Positions 1 to 10,840 of a stretch of DNA of 64,000 nucleotides are shown here, piece after piece. Both the position numbers and the translations under genes were made by a program. This stretch comes from Treponemataceae bacterium (GTDB taxonomy: Bacteria > Spirochaetota > Spirochaetia > Treponematales > Rectinemataceae): contig CAXXGJ010000018.1 in assembly GCA_963677895.2 (NCBI GenBank), forward strand, positions 448,001 to 512,000, written 5' to 3'. Every line of letters starts with the position of its first letter. The first letter of the stretch is position 1. The notes beneath the pieces are model-generated. The model ran no database searches. It was not told where the DNA came from and saw only the letters and a list, made by a program, of their open reading frames with translations.

Positions 1-2040
1 AGAGGTCTCCAGCTCGAAAGCCGCGCCAGCCGATGTCATGAGTTCCAGGAAGGCTTGATCCGACACTCCGCAGAGCGGCGATCGAAGCACGGCCGCGTAA
101 GCCGCCTTGTCTCCGGGGTCCAGCGCGTAGCTGAGAATGCTGTAGATGTCGTTCGCGGGAGATTCCCTGAACAGGCTGCGCGGACTTTCGGAATCAAAGG
201 GTATGTCGAGGAGGCGCAAATACTTTTCGAGCCTGTGCTGATTGGTCGTGGTCCTGAGTAGGACGGCGAAATCGCCGTAGTCGGCCGTCCGAGCCGCATT
301 CCCCGAAGCGGAACCTTTCGCGGGTCTCAGTTCCATAACGCCGCGGGACCGCTTGATGAATTGCGCGATTTCGAAGGCCAGACTGTCATCGGCACCCAAG
401 GGCTCCGAGCCCGATCTTCCCTCGAGCGGCTCATCCGATGGGTCCTGGGTTTCCTCGCTCGTTTCCTTCTCTTCCTCGGGAGCGGGCAGGAGAAAATATC
501 CGATTTTCGTGCCTGGGGAATCGGCTTGGGCCTGGGGCTGGGCTTGAGCCAGGGGACGGCCGGGCTCCATGTTCGCATAACGCGCGTGGAATTCCTTCGG
601 GGTTCGCTCAGTCTCATCGCCCTTCGACATATCGTTTTTCGAACCTTCGGACATTACGAAAGCGAAGAAATCGTTGAAAAAACCGATGAGGGGAGGGGTA
701 CTTCGATAATTGGCGGATAGGACGATATCGCCGGACAAGTCTTCCGATAATTCCCTGGAAAGCCGCTTGAAGACCGCGACATCAGCGCCCCTGAATCGAT
801 ATATGGATTGTTTCTCGTCGCCGACGAAAAAGAGCTTGCCTTGTTCGAGTTCCTCCGGGCCGGGGATTCCTTCGGAAGCGTTTTCGCGTTTTTCGGCGAG
901 CAGGTAGAGAAGGTTTTTCTGAAGCTCGTTGTTGTCCTGGAACTCATCGATCATGATGCTCTCGATGGCGTTTTTCCAGTATGCCCTGATGTCTTTGCGG
1001 CGCTTCAATACATGGACGGCGCAGGCGCCGAGGTCCTTGAAATCCATGAGATCAGCCAGACGTTTCGCCTCGGCGACTTCCGCGGCGAATTCGTCCAGTC
1101 TGTCGAAAAGCGAGCAGTGGGAGGGGAATACCGCTTGGTATTCGGCGAAATCCAGAAGGTTGCGCGCTTCATCCCTGGCTTCTTTCGCGATGGCCTTGAT
1201 GGACTGCTCTGCTTCGCTTTTGCCGTATGAACGCATCGCGAGTTCGGTGAAGGCGTCTAAATGCCGCGAAAAGAACGATAGGTCGGGAGGCGTCGAGGGA
1301 TCATGGCCTATGGCTTCGATAAATGCCGATGAACAGGCAATGGCCGAGGCGCAGTCGGCCCTGGGGGCCGGGGCGCCGGATGAAAGGGCGATGATCTCTC
1401 CGGCCATTGCGGCGAGGCGCTTGAACGCCGCGCCCGCCTTTTCGGCGGCCAGCGCCCTGAGCGACTCCTTCATGGGCGAAAACTGCTTTTCGGCGAGCGA
1501 GAGCGGGGTTATGAAGCGCGAGCCGAGGTCGCCGAAAAGGCGGGCGGCCACTTCGTCGAAGGGAAATGACATCAGCGTTTCCCTTATGCCCGGCTTTTCC
1601 CTGTTTCTCAGCACATAACGATAGGCGATGCTTCTGGCGAGATCGGCCGACTTTTCCGCGTCGATCGCGAACTCGGGACTGTACCCGAAGTCCCGGGCGG
1701 CCTGGCGGACAATTTCCGCGCAGAAGGCATCGAGCGTGGTGATGTGGTTGTTCTGGAATTCGTCCAGTTGCCCGCGCGCCCATGGCGATGTCTGGGCAGC
1801 CAATTCGCCGTAGATGCGCTCATACATTTCGGCGGCCGCTTTTCGCGTGAAGGTGAGGGCAAGTATAGAGCGGACGGGGAGTTTTTTCTCGACGACGAGG
1901 TGTATGTAACGCGACGCGAGCACGGTCGTCTTGCCGGCTCCCGCCCCTGCGGTCACGACGCAATTGCGTTCGGCCGTCGCCGCCGTTCTCTGCCGCTCAT
2001 CGAGCCTTTCGAGATACATTGGATACTGGGCCGGGTTCAT
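1..2040 (-). CDS. addA: ATP-dependent helicase/nuclease subunit A (AddA/UvrD-like), 3' end runs out of the window
   Basis: Not in the ORF track because it has no stop inside the window. Manual translation from ATG 2040 gives MNPAQYPMYLERLDERQRTAA..VVTAGAGAGKTT (Walker A), LALTFTRKAAAEM, ITTLDAF, IMIDEFQD (Walker B) and VGDEKQSIYRFRGAD, all in one frame. ATGA overlap with the addB stop. Confidence 0.9.
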   Translation of the reverse strand, partial: MNPAQYPMYLERLDERQRTAATAERNCVVTAGAGAGKTTVLASRYIHLVVEKKLPVRSILALTFTRKAAAEMYERIYGELAAQTSPWARGQLDEFQNNHITTLDAFCAEIVRQAARDFGYSPEFAIDAEKSADLARSIAYRYVLRNREKPGIRETLMSFPFDEVAARLFGDLGSRFITPLSLAEKQFSPMKESLRALAAEKAGAAFKRLAAMAGEIIALSSGAPAPRADCASAIACSSAFIEAIGHDPSTPPDLSFFSRHLDAFTELAMRSYGKSEAEQSIKAIAKEARDEARNLLDFAEYQAVFPSHCSLFDRLDEFAAEVAEAKRLADLMDFKDLGACAVHVLKRRKDIRAYWKNAIESIMIDEFQDNNELQKNLLYLLAEKRENASEGIPGPEELEQGKLFFVGDEKQSIYRFRGADVAVFKRLSRELSEDLSGDIVLSANYRSTPPLIGFFNDFFAFVMSEGSKNDMSKGDETERTPKEFHARYANMEPGRPLAQAQPQAQADSPGTKIGYFLLPAPEEEKETSEETQDPSDEPLEGRSGSEPLGADDSLAFEIAQFIKRSRGVMELRPAKGSASGNAARTADYGDFAVLLRTTTNQHRLEKYLRLLDIPFDSESPRSLFRESPANDIYSILSYALDPGDKAAYAAVLRSPLCGVSDQAFLELMTSAGAAFELETS

Positions 2041-4799
2041 AGACGCTCCGATGAAAAATAAGCCCTGCAGATGGGGCGCATTGGGCACGCGGCGCAGCCC
2101 TCGGACGATGGCGTTATGGACAGGAAGGATCCGCCTTTGATGATTCCCGACGCTTTTCGCAACGCCACGGCGAGAGCCTCGCGTTCCGGATCGAATTCTT
2201 CGCGGCCGGATCGGCCGCCCCCGGGTCCGAAAACGACGACCGCCTTGCTTTCCTCTATGGACCAGTAAAGGGCCAATTCCACGGGTTTCCCTTCGCCTTC
2301 CAGTATCGCCGCATAGCTCGCTATCTGGAAATCGCCGAGTTCCCCGTTTTGATTGACGAGGAATTCCTTTTTTTTGGGCGTGCTGTTTTTTTTGTAGTCG
2401 ATGATGGCGAATTCCTCATGGCGCGGGGTCGCCGGGTCGTGGCTTCCCTGTTTCCCGGAGATCCTGTCCGCTCGCCCCTCGAGCGATAAACCCAGGTCTT
2501 CGAACTTTCTGGCCAGAGGTATTTCAAAATCGCCTATCTCCCATCCATCGGCCTTGAAGCTAGTTTCGAAATCCAGGATCCGCGTGATCCTGTCGCGGAT
2601 TTTCGGCAGGGCAGCCTCCATGGCGGGTTCGACGGCAGGTCCGTTTTGCCTCGTTATCTGCTTAAGCGCTTGCCTGAAGGCCGATTCAATCCATCCTTCA
2701 TATTCATCTTTCCTGGCGGCCGAAAAGCCGCCGTCCTTTAGCGCGATATCCTGCAGGAGGCTTCTGATGAGGGCGTGGGTCAGCGAGCCTTCGGTTACGT
2801 TGGCGATGCCTGAAGGTCCCTTATCTACATCGGGTACGCAGGTTAGGAACCATTTGAAGGGGCACTGCATCAGGTTTTTGAGCTTGGCGGGCGAAATCTT
2901 GAAAAGCGGAGCGGCGTCGCACGAGGGAAGCTTGAGAAGTCGGGCGGGATCTAGTTTCCGCCCGCCCTTGGCCGGAGACAGAACGCGCTGGCCGTCGGTT
3001 CTCATCGCCGAGAAATAACCCATGGCCGCGGTCTTTCTGTCGGCCGGCAGACGCGCGGGCAGGTCGCCGGCCGCGGAATCGCGCCACGCGCGCGATTCCG
3101 CGGCATCGGCGAGCTCTGGAATTCGATCCTGCCCGATCTTTACCTGCCTCGCTCCTTTGCGCAGGAAGTAGGGATGGGGAACCGAATATCCCGATAAGCC
3201 TTTTTCGGCGTGGCAGTATACGGCGTTCACCGCGTTGAAGGAGGACAGCAGCGCTTCGCTGACATCGGCTTCATTCAACTGTCCGCGCATTTCCTTTGGA
3301 ACGCGGGAAAAATATCCGAGGGCGGGGTCCAGGGAATCCTGCGATACGTCCATGACGAAATGGATCGGGGCGGCGATGAGCATTCCGATGTGGTAGGGGA
3401 ATACCGATATCGCGTTGAGCGATTCGTCGCTTTTGTAGCGCGCGGCGTCGAGGGCGAGGAGAAGCGTTTCCAGGGGGCTGGCCGCGAGAGCGGGATTCCC
3501 AATCTGGGAATGCCATTGATCCAGGGCATCCAGTTCTTCCAGAACGCGTTGAAGGGTACGGTCGGCTTCCGAATTCGATAGCGGCTCTTCTAGGAAGTTG
3601 TCCTTGAAATCGTGGATGGCGCGGCGAAGAGCGTTGAACGAACGAGCGCTCGTCATCGAATGCGCGATCTTGTTCAGGGAAGAATACAGCGAGATCACCT
3701 GGCTGCCCGGATCCGGACAGAGGGATAAGGTTTTTTTCCAAAGTTCGAACATGTACTGTCCGTCGATGGAAAATTCCGGGATGTTGTACTGCGACGCGAA
3801 ACGGATGAGATCCAAGGCTATGGACTCGTTTTTCCAGATGAAGGCTCCCCGGTCGAAAAGTATCCGCAAAGTCCTGAGCGAAAAACCCTCGGACGCGGCG
3901 CGTGACAAGGAGAGAAGAAGCTTGCCGAAAGGATAAGCCGCGAGCGGCTGCCCTACGCGGAAATCCATCGGCAGCGCATATTGTTTCGCCAACAATTTTA
4001 TGTGCGCCTGTATTTCCGGAGTGGACGCGGGAATACTTATGGCGATATCGGCCGGCTGCAGGCCTTCATTCAGAAGCGAAGCGCAATTCGCCAGCACCGA
4101 TCGCAGTTCCTCTCGAAACGTCGCGAATTTGAACAAGGTGATTTCGGAAGCGGACCCCGAAAAGATTTCTACTGACAAGAACCTTTTCAGAATTTCCGCT
4201 CTTTTCTCGTATCCGGGCATGAGCGCAGGTTCGAACAGAATATAGCGATTTTTCTCTTCCCTAGCGGGGGAGAGGTGACTCGATTCATAGATGCCATTTT
4301 CTTCCAGAAAGCGTGAATACTTTTCCGAAAGCGCCGCATAGTCGGCGACCTCGTCTTGGTCGATTAAATGTGCGGGAGGAAGACGGCGCAGCTCAAAGGA
4401 TAGATCGCGCAACGTAGGCGCAAGTTTCGCGAAAATTGAGGCCGCTGACAGCGCCGAGCTCATCCCTGGCTTGATCAGGCCGCGGAGGAACGGCGATTTC
4501 GACTGTTCTTCCAGGATCAGAAGCGCCCATAGCAGGCGCGATCGCGAATCGGCTTTTTTCTTTGCCTGCGGAATATTTTTTTGCGTTATGCGGTCTATGA
4601 AGGTATCCCAGCCGAGGAATCTGTCCGTCTCGATCGCGCCTATCCCCGGTTGTCCCAGCGAGGCTTCCGCCCAGGAGTCGGCGGAAACCTGAGTGGGAAA
4701 TACGAAATAGGTATTTCTATCCTTCACGTGATCGGAGATTTTTTTCGCGATCGCGCTTCCCCGGGCCGTCCCGGGCGATACCTTCGGATAGTCAGTCAT
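2037..4799 (-). CDS. addB: AddB-like subunit with C-terminal PD-(D/E)XK nuclease and Fe-S staple cysteines
   Basis: 920 aa; SPAKL..QCPFKWF, GSLTH, EGRADRI, IIDYK and terminal CAACPMRPIC; directly upstream of and coupled to the UvrD-like gene. Confidence 0.8.
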   Translation of the reverse strand: MTDYPKVSPGTARGSAIAKKISDHVKDRNTYFVFPTQVSADSWAEASLGQPGIGAIETDRFLGWDTFIDRITQKNIPQAKKKADSRSRLLWALLILEEQSKSPFLRGLIKPGMSSALSAASIFAKLAPTLRDLSFELRRLPPAHLIDQDEVADYAALSEKYSRFLEENGIYESSHLSPAREEKNRYILFEPALMPGYEKRAEILKRFLSVEIFSGSASEITLFKFATFREELRSVLANCASLLNEGLQPADIAISIPASTPEIQAHIKLLAKQYALPMDFRVGQPLAAYPFGKLLLSLSRAASEGFSLRTLRILFDRGAFIWKNESIALDLIRFASQYNIPEFSIDGQYMFELWKKTLSLCPDPGSQVISLYSSLNKIAHSMTSARSFNALRRAIHDFKDNFLEEPLSNSEADRTLQRVLEELDALDQWHSQIGNPALAASPLETLLLALDAARYKSDESLNAISVFPYHIGMLIAAPIHFVMDVSQDSLDPALGYFSRVPKEMRGQLNEADVSEALLSSFNAVNAVYCHAEKGLSGYSVPHPYFLRKGARQVKIGQDRIPELADAAESRAWRDSAAGDLPARLPADRKTAAMGYFSAMRTDGQRVLSPAKGGRKLDPARLLKLPSCDAAPLFKISPAKLKNLMQCPFKWFLTCVPDVDKGPSGIANVTEGSLTHALIRSLLQDIALKDGGFSAARKDEYEGWIESAFRQALKQITRQNGPAVEPAMEAALPKIRDRITRILDFETSFKADGWEIGDFEIPLARKFEDLGLSLEGRADRISGKQGSHDPATPRHEEFAIIDYKKNSTPKKKEFLVNQNGELGDFQIASYAAILEGEGKPVELALYWSIEESKAVVVFGPGGGRSGREEFDPEREALAVALRKASGIIKGGSFLSITPSSEGCAACPMRPICRAYFSSERL

Positions 4800-7700
4800 T
4801 CTCGATTATCGCAATCAGATCCGCGACTCTGAAGCAGCTCCTTTCCTCGGCCTTGTGCGCGATGTCGCAGACCTCGAAGGCTTGGATATCCGCGGCTTCG
4901 GCCAGTACCGTCATAATCTCCGGCACGCTCGGTTTCTCCCTTAAATCAACGCGGGCAAGGGCGTTTTCGAGAAGAGCGAAACAGGGCCAAAGTTCGAGCA
5001 AAGCATCGAATTTTTCCTTGTTGTAATAATCCTTCCCTTCCCACGTATTTATGCCCAAGGCTTCCCTGGCTTCGTGATCGTGGCTGGCCCAACGCACGAG
5101 TTCGGAAGCCCTCGCTTTCGGTGACGTCTGGGAAGGCGAATGCTTTTCCGCTGGCAGCTTGGGTGAGCGGGACGAAGTGTCCCGCGACCTTGTCGCGAAG
5201 GCGAACATAAGCGAACACAGCGCCTTCCCGTCGATCCGGTCGAGCGCGGTCTTGGACGCGTTCGCAGCCTCGTCGCTCGTTTCCGTCAAGGCTTTTCTCG
5301 CCGAGGATTCGGCATCGGCCAGCATCGCCGCTTGGATTAGTTTTTTCTTGACGAGGAATTTTTCGAGGATATAGCGCAATTCCTCGGTTTCGTTCGCGCC
5401 CGCGTTCACGCAAGACAGGCCGGCGATGAAAATATAATGAAGGAAGGCGCCCAGCGCGCGTTCCGAATCGAGAAGGGTTTTGAAATAGGATAAGGCGGTG
5501 AGGCGTCGGCTTTCCTTTATCGTTCTTATGAAAGATGTATGGAGCATCGTATCGAGGATGGCGATGCCCGTTTCGATGACGGCTCTGCCGCGCGAGACGG
5601 CCGCGATGCCCGGTCCCGGTCCTCCATCCTCCGCTATGGCCTGGGCGATGCGGGAGAAATACGCCTCCGCATCGATGCCTGCCTGGTCTATGGCCTCGGC
5701 AATGTTCCCGTCGAGAATAAAAGTCTTTTTGCAGTTATTGATGGATGTTATCGCTTTAGCCAGGGTATGATAGAGTTCAGGCTGCGCCGCTTCCTCGAGC
5801 GCGTCGTCCAGGTCGGCGATTCCTCTTCCCTTGAGGGAGATCCAGAGCCGCTCGTAACGGCCATCCATGTCGTGGACGCGGTTGAATTCGCTGAATATTA
5901 GCGTTTGGTAGCCTTCAAGATCGACATGCCATCCTTGAGTCTCCAGATCGGAACAGCGGTAAATATGCCACAAGCCTGATCGTATCTCGAAGGCGGCGAC
6001 GAAGTTGCCCGGTCCGGTATCCAGCGCGAGCGCGCGCACGATGGATTTCGTTCTGAGGTGTTTTTTCCCGTCCTGCTGTTTTTCCGCGTACCCGCAGCTC
6101 GTCGATATTTTGCCGGAACTGCGTTTCCAGCAGTTGTTGTAGAAAATGAGGGCCCTGTCCTCTTCTCCGCGGCCGTTTGAGTAGGCGAAAACGTTTTCGT
6201 CGATGCTGCCTTCGTCGGTCGTGAAGTCGAAAAGGCAGAAGTTGTCCACTTCCGCGAATAGTTTCCTCATCCTGAAAAGCGGGAATATATCCTTTTCATG
6301 ACGCGCCATGAGCGCGTCGTCGGGTTTTTCGTCCCGATAGGAGCGCTTATATTCCATTCCGTATTTTTCGGTGAATCCCTCGATCTGACCATGGCCGATC
6401 ATCGGCATTCCCGGCATGGTGGCGAGCATCGTGCATACGCCGAAATATTTATCGCCGGCGCCGAATTGGGCGATGGCCGTTTCCTCGTCGGGATTGCTCA
6501 TGAAATTGACGAAGCGTTTCAGGATCTGTTTGTCGAATTCCTGTGTGTTCTTGATCGTTAGGCGATACAGGGAATTCTTCTCGTCTTTAAGCATGTTCAT
6601 GAAGGCGGAGTTGTAGACTCTATGCATGCCGAGCGTCCGGGTGAAATAACCTTCCATCATCCAGAACGCTTCGGCGAGGAGGAGCGTGTCGGGAGATTTT
6701 TCCGCGCATTCATCGACGACCTCCCGCCAGAATTCCTGCGGCATCGCGCCGTCGAAAATCTCCTCCGGCATCGAATGTTCCGCGCGGGAGGGGATGGCTC
6801 CGCCTGAGCCTGGGGCGGGATACCATAATCGCCTGATATGCTGTTTCGCGAGAACCATGGCCGCGTCAAAGCGTATGATGCTGAAATGCCGGGCTACCTG
6901 AAGTATCTTTTCCTTTACGGCGGCGCGCGCTTCGGGATTGAGAAAATCGATCTGGGCCGTGTCGTTCCATGCCATTCCGGTTCCGTCGTTGCCGTGGTAG
7001 ATGTAACTCGTCTTGCCGCTCCGCCTGTCGAGGCGCTTGAAGACGACGGCGGCATCCGATCTCGTGTAGTAATGATCTTCGAGCCAGAGGCCGATGGATG
7101 GGTCTTCGGACAAATCCGGCCCGTGGAAGGTGTAGCTGGGAAAGGGACAATAATCCGAACCGATGAAGAGATCGGGCCTTTCCCTGATCCATGCCGAGTC
7201 CATTCCCGTATGATTGGGAACCATGTCGGCCGCGAGTCTGATGCCTCTCCATAGACAACGTCCCCTGAATGAATCCAGGGCTTCCCATCCCCCTAGTTCC
7301 GGGGCTATCTCGTAATCGAAAAGCGAATAGGCCGAAGCCGCGGCTTCGGGGTTTCCGCAATAGCGCTTGATCTTTTCGCTGGCTGGACTTCTCTGCCAGA
7401 TGCCGATGAGCCAAAGCCCGCTGATGCCCCTCGAGGCGATGGCGTCCAGTTCCTGGTCGGGAATCTCATCCAGCCTTTTGATGGGTCTTCCGAACGTTTC
7501 CGAAAGCTGATGAAGCCAGACAAGGGCGTTCTTGGCCAGAAGGACGAGCGAGGGCATCCAATCCTTGTCCTGGGTGAATTTTTCATACTCGTGCCGGGAC
7601 GATATATATCGATAGGCCTCCACAGGTCCGGGACCCGGCGGGAAACGGGGCGTTTCCTCTTCTTTAATTAGATCGAGGCTCCTGAGTATCTTCATGCCGA

Positions 7701-8448
7701 TCTCGTCGAAACTGGCTCCCCAATTGTCTTTTATCCACACAAGCTGGGCTTCGAGCGATTCCGGCGCCGCTTTCGCGGGCATGCGAAGCAGTTCCATCAA
7801 ATCGACCTTGTCGCCGACGGGGCCGAAGCTGGGAAGTTTCCTGCTCGCGCGTTCGATCGCTTCGAAGACTTCCTTGTATTTTGTCTTGCCGGCAACGCTA
7901 TCGCTCTCCGGTCCTGCCGCGCGGATGCCGTCGTCGAAGAGGAATCGAAAGGGAAGGAAGGCCGGATTTTCATTGGCGATCTTGAGAAGGATGAGTTCCT
8001 CCAAAGCGAGTTCCCTGTTGGGCACGGCTTTTTCTCCCGTCCCAGGGGTGGAGCTGCCCTCGAGCCAGTTCTCCACGCTCGCGGTTCCCCTATAGACTTC
8101 GAGAGGCGGAAATTGGGCGCTGAATTCACGGAGCAGGGATCCGCATTCAACGGCGCCGATTTCCTTATTCACCGCGCCGAGGAAGCGCTCGATGACATCG
8201 GGGGCTACCGTTTTCCTGTAGATTCCGATCACTATATGGAGGATTTCATCGATAAGCCCCATGGCGTTGAGTCGGCCCGCGCTGAGCTTCGTGCTGTCCT
8301 GTCCAGCGATCACCTTCAGTCCGCGCAGCTTTTCCGCGAGATTTCTCGCCGCCGAGAAATCCGGAAGAATGAGGTTTCCCGTGGTTCGGAAAAGGGCAGA
8401 GTTGATCCCCAAGGTCGAACGGATCGAGGCATGGATATGGAACTCCAT
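4792..8448 (-). CDS. Large alpha-amylase family (GH13) glycoside hydrolase
   Basis: DMVPNH, IRFDAAM (nucleophile), LAEAFW (acid/base) and FMSNPDEE regions. Start set at ATG 8448 behind GGAGACAGGA; long N- and C-terminal extensions. Confidence 0.85.
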   Translation of the reverse strand: MEFHIHASIRSTLGINSALFRTTGNLILPDFSAARNLAEKLRGLKVIAGQDSTKLSAGRLNAMGLIDEILHIVIGIYRKTVAPDVIERFLGAVNKEIGAVECGSLLREFSAQFPPLEVYRGTASVENWLEGSSTPGTGEKAVPNRELALEELILLKIANENPAFLPFRFLFDDGIRAAGPESDSVAGKTKYKEVFEAIERASRKLPSFGPVGDKVDLMELLRMPAKAAPESLEAQLVWIKDNWGASFDEIGMKILRSLDLIKEEETPRFPPGPGPVEAYRYISSRHEYEKFTQDKDWMPSLVLLAKNALVWLHQLSETFGRPIKRLDEIPDQELDAIASRGISGLWLIGIWQRSPASEKIKRYCGNPEAAASAYSLFDYEIAPELGGWEALDSFRGRCLWRGIRLAADMVPNHTGMDSAWIRERPDLFIGSDYCPFPSYTFHGPDLSEDPSIGLWLEDHYYTRSDAAVVFKRLDRRSGKTSYIYHGNDGTGMAWNDTAQIDFLNPEARAAVKEKILQVARHFSIIRFDAAMVLAKQHIRRLWYPAPGSGGAIPSRAEHSMPEEIFDGAMPQEFWREVVDECAEKSPDTLLLAEAFWMMEGYFTRTLGMHRVYNSAFMNMLKDEKNSLYRLTIKNTQEFDKQILKRFVNFMSNPDEETAIAQFGAGDKYFGVCTMLATMPGMPMIGHGQIEGFTEKYGMEYKRSYRDEKPDDALMARHEKDIFPLFRMRKLFAEVDNFCLFDFTTDEGSIDENVFAYSNGRGEEDRALIFYNNCWKRSSGKISTSCGYAEKQQDGKKHLRTKSIVRALALDTGPGNFVAAFEIRSGLWHIYRCSDLETQGWHVDLEGYQTLIFSEFNRVHDMDGRYERLWISLKGRGIADLDDALEEAAQPELYHTLAKAITSINNCKKTFILDGNIAEAIDQAGIDAEAYFSRIAQAIAEDGGPGPGIAAVSRGRAVIETGIAILDTMLHTSFIRTIKESRRLTALSYFKTLLDSERALGAFLHYIFIAGLSCVNAGANETEELRYILEKFLVKKKLIQAAMLADAESSARKALTETSDEAANASKTALDRIDGKALCSLMFAFATRSRDTSSRSPKLPAEKHSPSQTSPKARASELVRWASHDHEAREALGINTWEGKDYYNKEKFDALLELWPCFALLENALARVDLREKPSVPEIMTVLAEAADIQAFEVCDIAHKAEERSCFRVADLIAIIEND

Positions 8449-8637
8449 GATCCTGTCTCCGGTTGAACAGCGTTGCGAACCGCCTTCAAAAGCCGCCAAC
8501 GTGCACGCGAGCGCGTATTCCTTATGGGTTCTCATACGTCAAATATAGCTCTGCCCCCTTCTCTGTACAAGCATAAATAATTGCTACACAAGGTTGGAAG
8601 GATCTGTTATACTTACATAACAACAGCGGAGGTAAAA

Positions 8638-9261
8638 GTGTCAGTTTCGGTAGAGCATGACAAACGCAAGGAAGAGATCCTCGATAAGGCCCTCGATGTC
8701 TTCGTCATGGAAGGCTATAAAGATACGACATTCCAGAAAATCGCCGAGCGTTGCGGCATAACAAGGACGATCCTATACCTTTATTTCAATAATAAAAAGG
8801 AAATATTCTCATCCTGCATAAAGCGCTTCATGGGCCGACTGGAAAACGAAATCAGGGATATCGCCGGCGAATCCAGGAAAACCAGTTCCGAAAAGATAAT
8901 CGCGATCGGGGAGATGGTCGTCCAGCTTTGCTCGACGGAGTCGAAGCTCCTCTCGATCGTGCTGGATTACCTCTTGAAGCTAAAGCTGGCCGGAGGCGAT
9001 CCCGACGAAAGGGTGAGGCGCCGCACCGTGCGTATGCGTCATATTCTGGCGATGATCATCATCGAGGGAAAGAAAAAGGGCGAGTTCGCTTCCGCGGTGT
9101 CCGGAAGAGCGGCGAGCGAGCTTTTTTACGCGCTGATCGAAGCGGCTGTCTTCAGGATTACCGTGCTTGGCCAAAAAGACGCGTCCGTACTTTCCGATTC
9201 ACTCAGACTCCTGACATCCAGCATGAAAATCCCGGGCGGCAACTCGGGAACTCCCGTTTGA
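8638..9261 (+). CDS. TetR/AcrR family transcriptional regulator
   Basis: ILDKALDVF..GY..TT..IAERCGITRTILYLYF HTH; GTG start at 8638 after GGAGG. Confidence 0.9.
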   Translation: MSVSVEHDKRKEEILDKALDVFVMEGYKDTTFQKIAERCGITRTILYLYFNNKKEIFSSCIKRFMGRLENEIRDIAGESRKTSSEKIIAIGEMVVQLCSTESKLLSIVLDYLLKLKLAGGDPDERVRRRTVRMRHILAMIIIEGKKKGEFASAVSGRAASELFYALIEAAVFRITVLGQKDASVLSDSLRLLTSSMKIPGGNSGTPV

Positions 9262-9300
9262 GGGCGAAATAGAGGCCTCGGCCGGATCGACCGCTTTGCC

Positions 9301-10032
9301 TCATTGAATATCGAGGCTGGCTTTTTCGAGCAATCCCATTCTTATTTTGCTTAGCGCGGATTTTTTCGCTACGACCTTGGCCGTGAACAGGCTGTCTATG
9401 TTTTTTTCGTAATTGAGAATTCTGGAGATGTAATCCAGGGTTTTTACGGGCGCTCCGCTGTTCGACACCTTCGTTCTTCCCGCATTGTACATCGCCAGCG
9501 CCGAAACTTCATTGCCGGACAAATCCAGAACATGCCTAAAATATTTGATGCCCTCTTTCGCGTTGTGTGAGGGATCGTAGATTTCCGTTTCGGTAAGATT
9601 GGGGAAGGTTGAGGAGTTGAGCTGGAACAATCCCCTGTCGACGCTCGTGGCGTTCTTGTGCTGGGCTTTGGGATTGAAGCGGCTTTCCTCGTAAGCGATC
9701 GCGAAAGCCAGGCCGGCTGGGACTTCATGCTTGACCGCGTTGTCGAGAATCGCGACGGCGATTGTCCTGGAATTGGTGAGCGAGGAGAAAAAATCCACGA
9801 CGCTGTTCTTGGTGCCCGTGTTCAGGTAATACGCCGCTATCGTGTCATTGTCGTTCTTTTCTTCGATGTTCATGGGCAGGTTTTCAGGATGCACGGCGAG
9901 GGAAAGAACCTCGCTGTCAAGCTTCAAATTCACTTCCGGAGAGGGTGCGCAGGCGATACTGATTAGCCCCGCGACGATAGCTAAAAACACCGCTCCTTTG
10001 GCTCGCAATGGTCGATAGGAAAGCATTCTCAA
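9301..10032 (-). CDS. Lytic transglycosylase (SLT domain), probably a lipoprotein
   Basis: AIAYEESRFNPKA, GLFQL and ALAMYNAG motifs; hydrophobic N-terminus ending ISIAC. Confidence 0.85.
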   Translation of the reverse strand: MRMLSYRPLRAKGAVFLAIVAGLISIACAPSPEVNLKLDSEVLSLAVHPENLPMNIEEKNDNDTIAAYYLNTGTKNSVVDFFSSLTNSRTIAVAILDNAVKHEVPAGLAFAIAYEESRFNPKAQHKNATSVDRGLFQLNSSTFPNLTETEIYDPSHNAKEGIKYFRHVLDLSGNEVSALAMYNAGRTKVSNSGAPVKTLDYISRILNYEKNIDSLFTAKVVAKKSALSKIRMGLLEKASLDIQ

Positions 10033-10262
10033 CGATAACTCCTTGCATGGAAAGGCCGTAAAACCTTTCTTCCGCTTAGTCCGTCTATTGTAAGGATTGA
10101 GGCAAGATGGTCAAGTGGTCGGCAAAGTCATGGTTTTGAGCCGCCGCAGGGCGCGAAATTCCATTGAATTTCCCTGGTTTTTTCTTTGCGTGTTTGCCTC
10201 CAGAATCTTATCGCGGTTTTCCATACTTAACAAAAACAGTATTTGCCTCCATAATCGGCACT

Positions 10263-10766
10263 ATGAAAAACGCAGCGATTCGCGTCATCGTTACTGGCGG
10301 TACTTTCGACAAACACTACGACGAGATCAAGGGCGAGCTCACTTTCAGGGATAGCAGCCTGCCGGAAATCCTCACGCGGGCGCGGGTGAAGGTTCCCGTC
10401 ACCGTCGAGATGAACCAGCTTATAGATAGCCTCCAGATGCAGGACGTCAACCGGATGTCCGTGCTTCTTTCCTGCCGCAACTCCGAGGAAAGCCGGATCA
10501 TCATCACCCATGGAACCGACACCATGACGACGACGGCCTCCCTTCTCGGCGGGGAAAAGCTCCACAAGACCATCATCCTCACCGGGGCCATGGTTCCCTA
10601 CAAGGTTTTGGATTCGGACGCGCTTTTCAATTTCGGCACGGCTTTTTCCGCGGTCCAGCTCCTGCCCGAGGGGGTATATATCGCCATGAACGGCAGGGTT
10701 TTCGCGTGGGACAATGTCAGGAAGAACAAGGCTTTAGGCGTGTTTGAGGAGATGGACGGCATATGA
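10263..10766 (+). CDS. Short asparaginase-domain protein
   Basis: VTGGTFDK, ITHGTDTM, ILTGAM and SDALFN motifs; single-domain type; ATG at 10263. Confidence 0.85.
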   Translation: MKNAAIRVIVTGGTFDKHYDEIKGELTFRDSSLPEILTRARVKVPVTVEMNQLIDSLQMQDVNRMSVLLSCRNSEESRIIITHGTDTMTTTASLLGGEKLHKTIILTGAMVPYKVLDSDALFNFGTAFSAVQLLPEGVYIAMNGRVFAWDNVRKNKALGVFEEMDGI

Positions 10767-10840
10767 CGGCGCTGGGGCGGCGTAATGCGGCGCTGGGGCG
10801 GGACGCTGCGTTGGAACAGCGGATCGCGGCGCTGGGACGG
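10767..10840 (+). repeat. Three copies of the 14-nt direct repeat CGGCGCTGGG(G/A)CGG
   Basis: Copies at 10767-10780, 10788-10801 and 10827-10840 in the asparaginase-TetR gap. Confidence 0.7.

Noticed and set aside
10767..10840. CRISPR array
   Set aside because: Repeats are 14 nt with irregular short spacers, and there are no cas genes.
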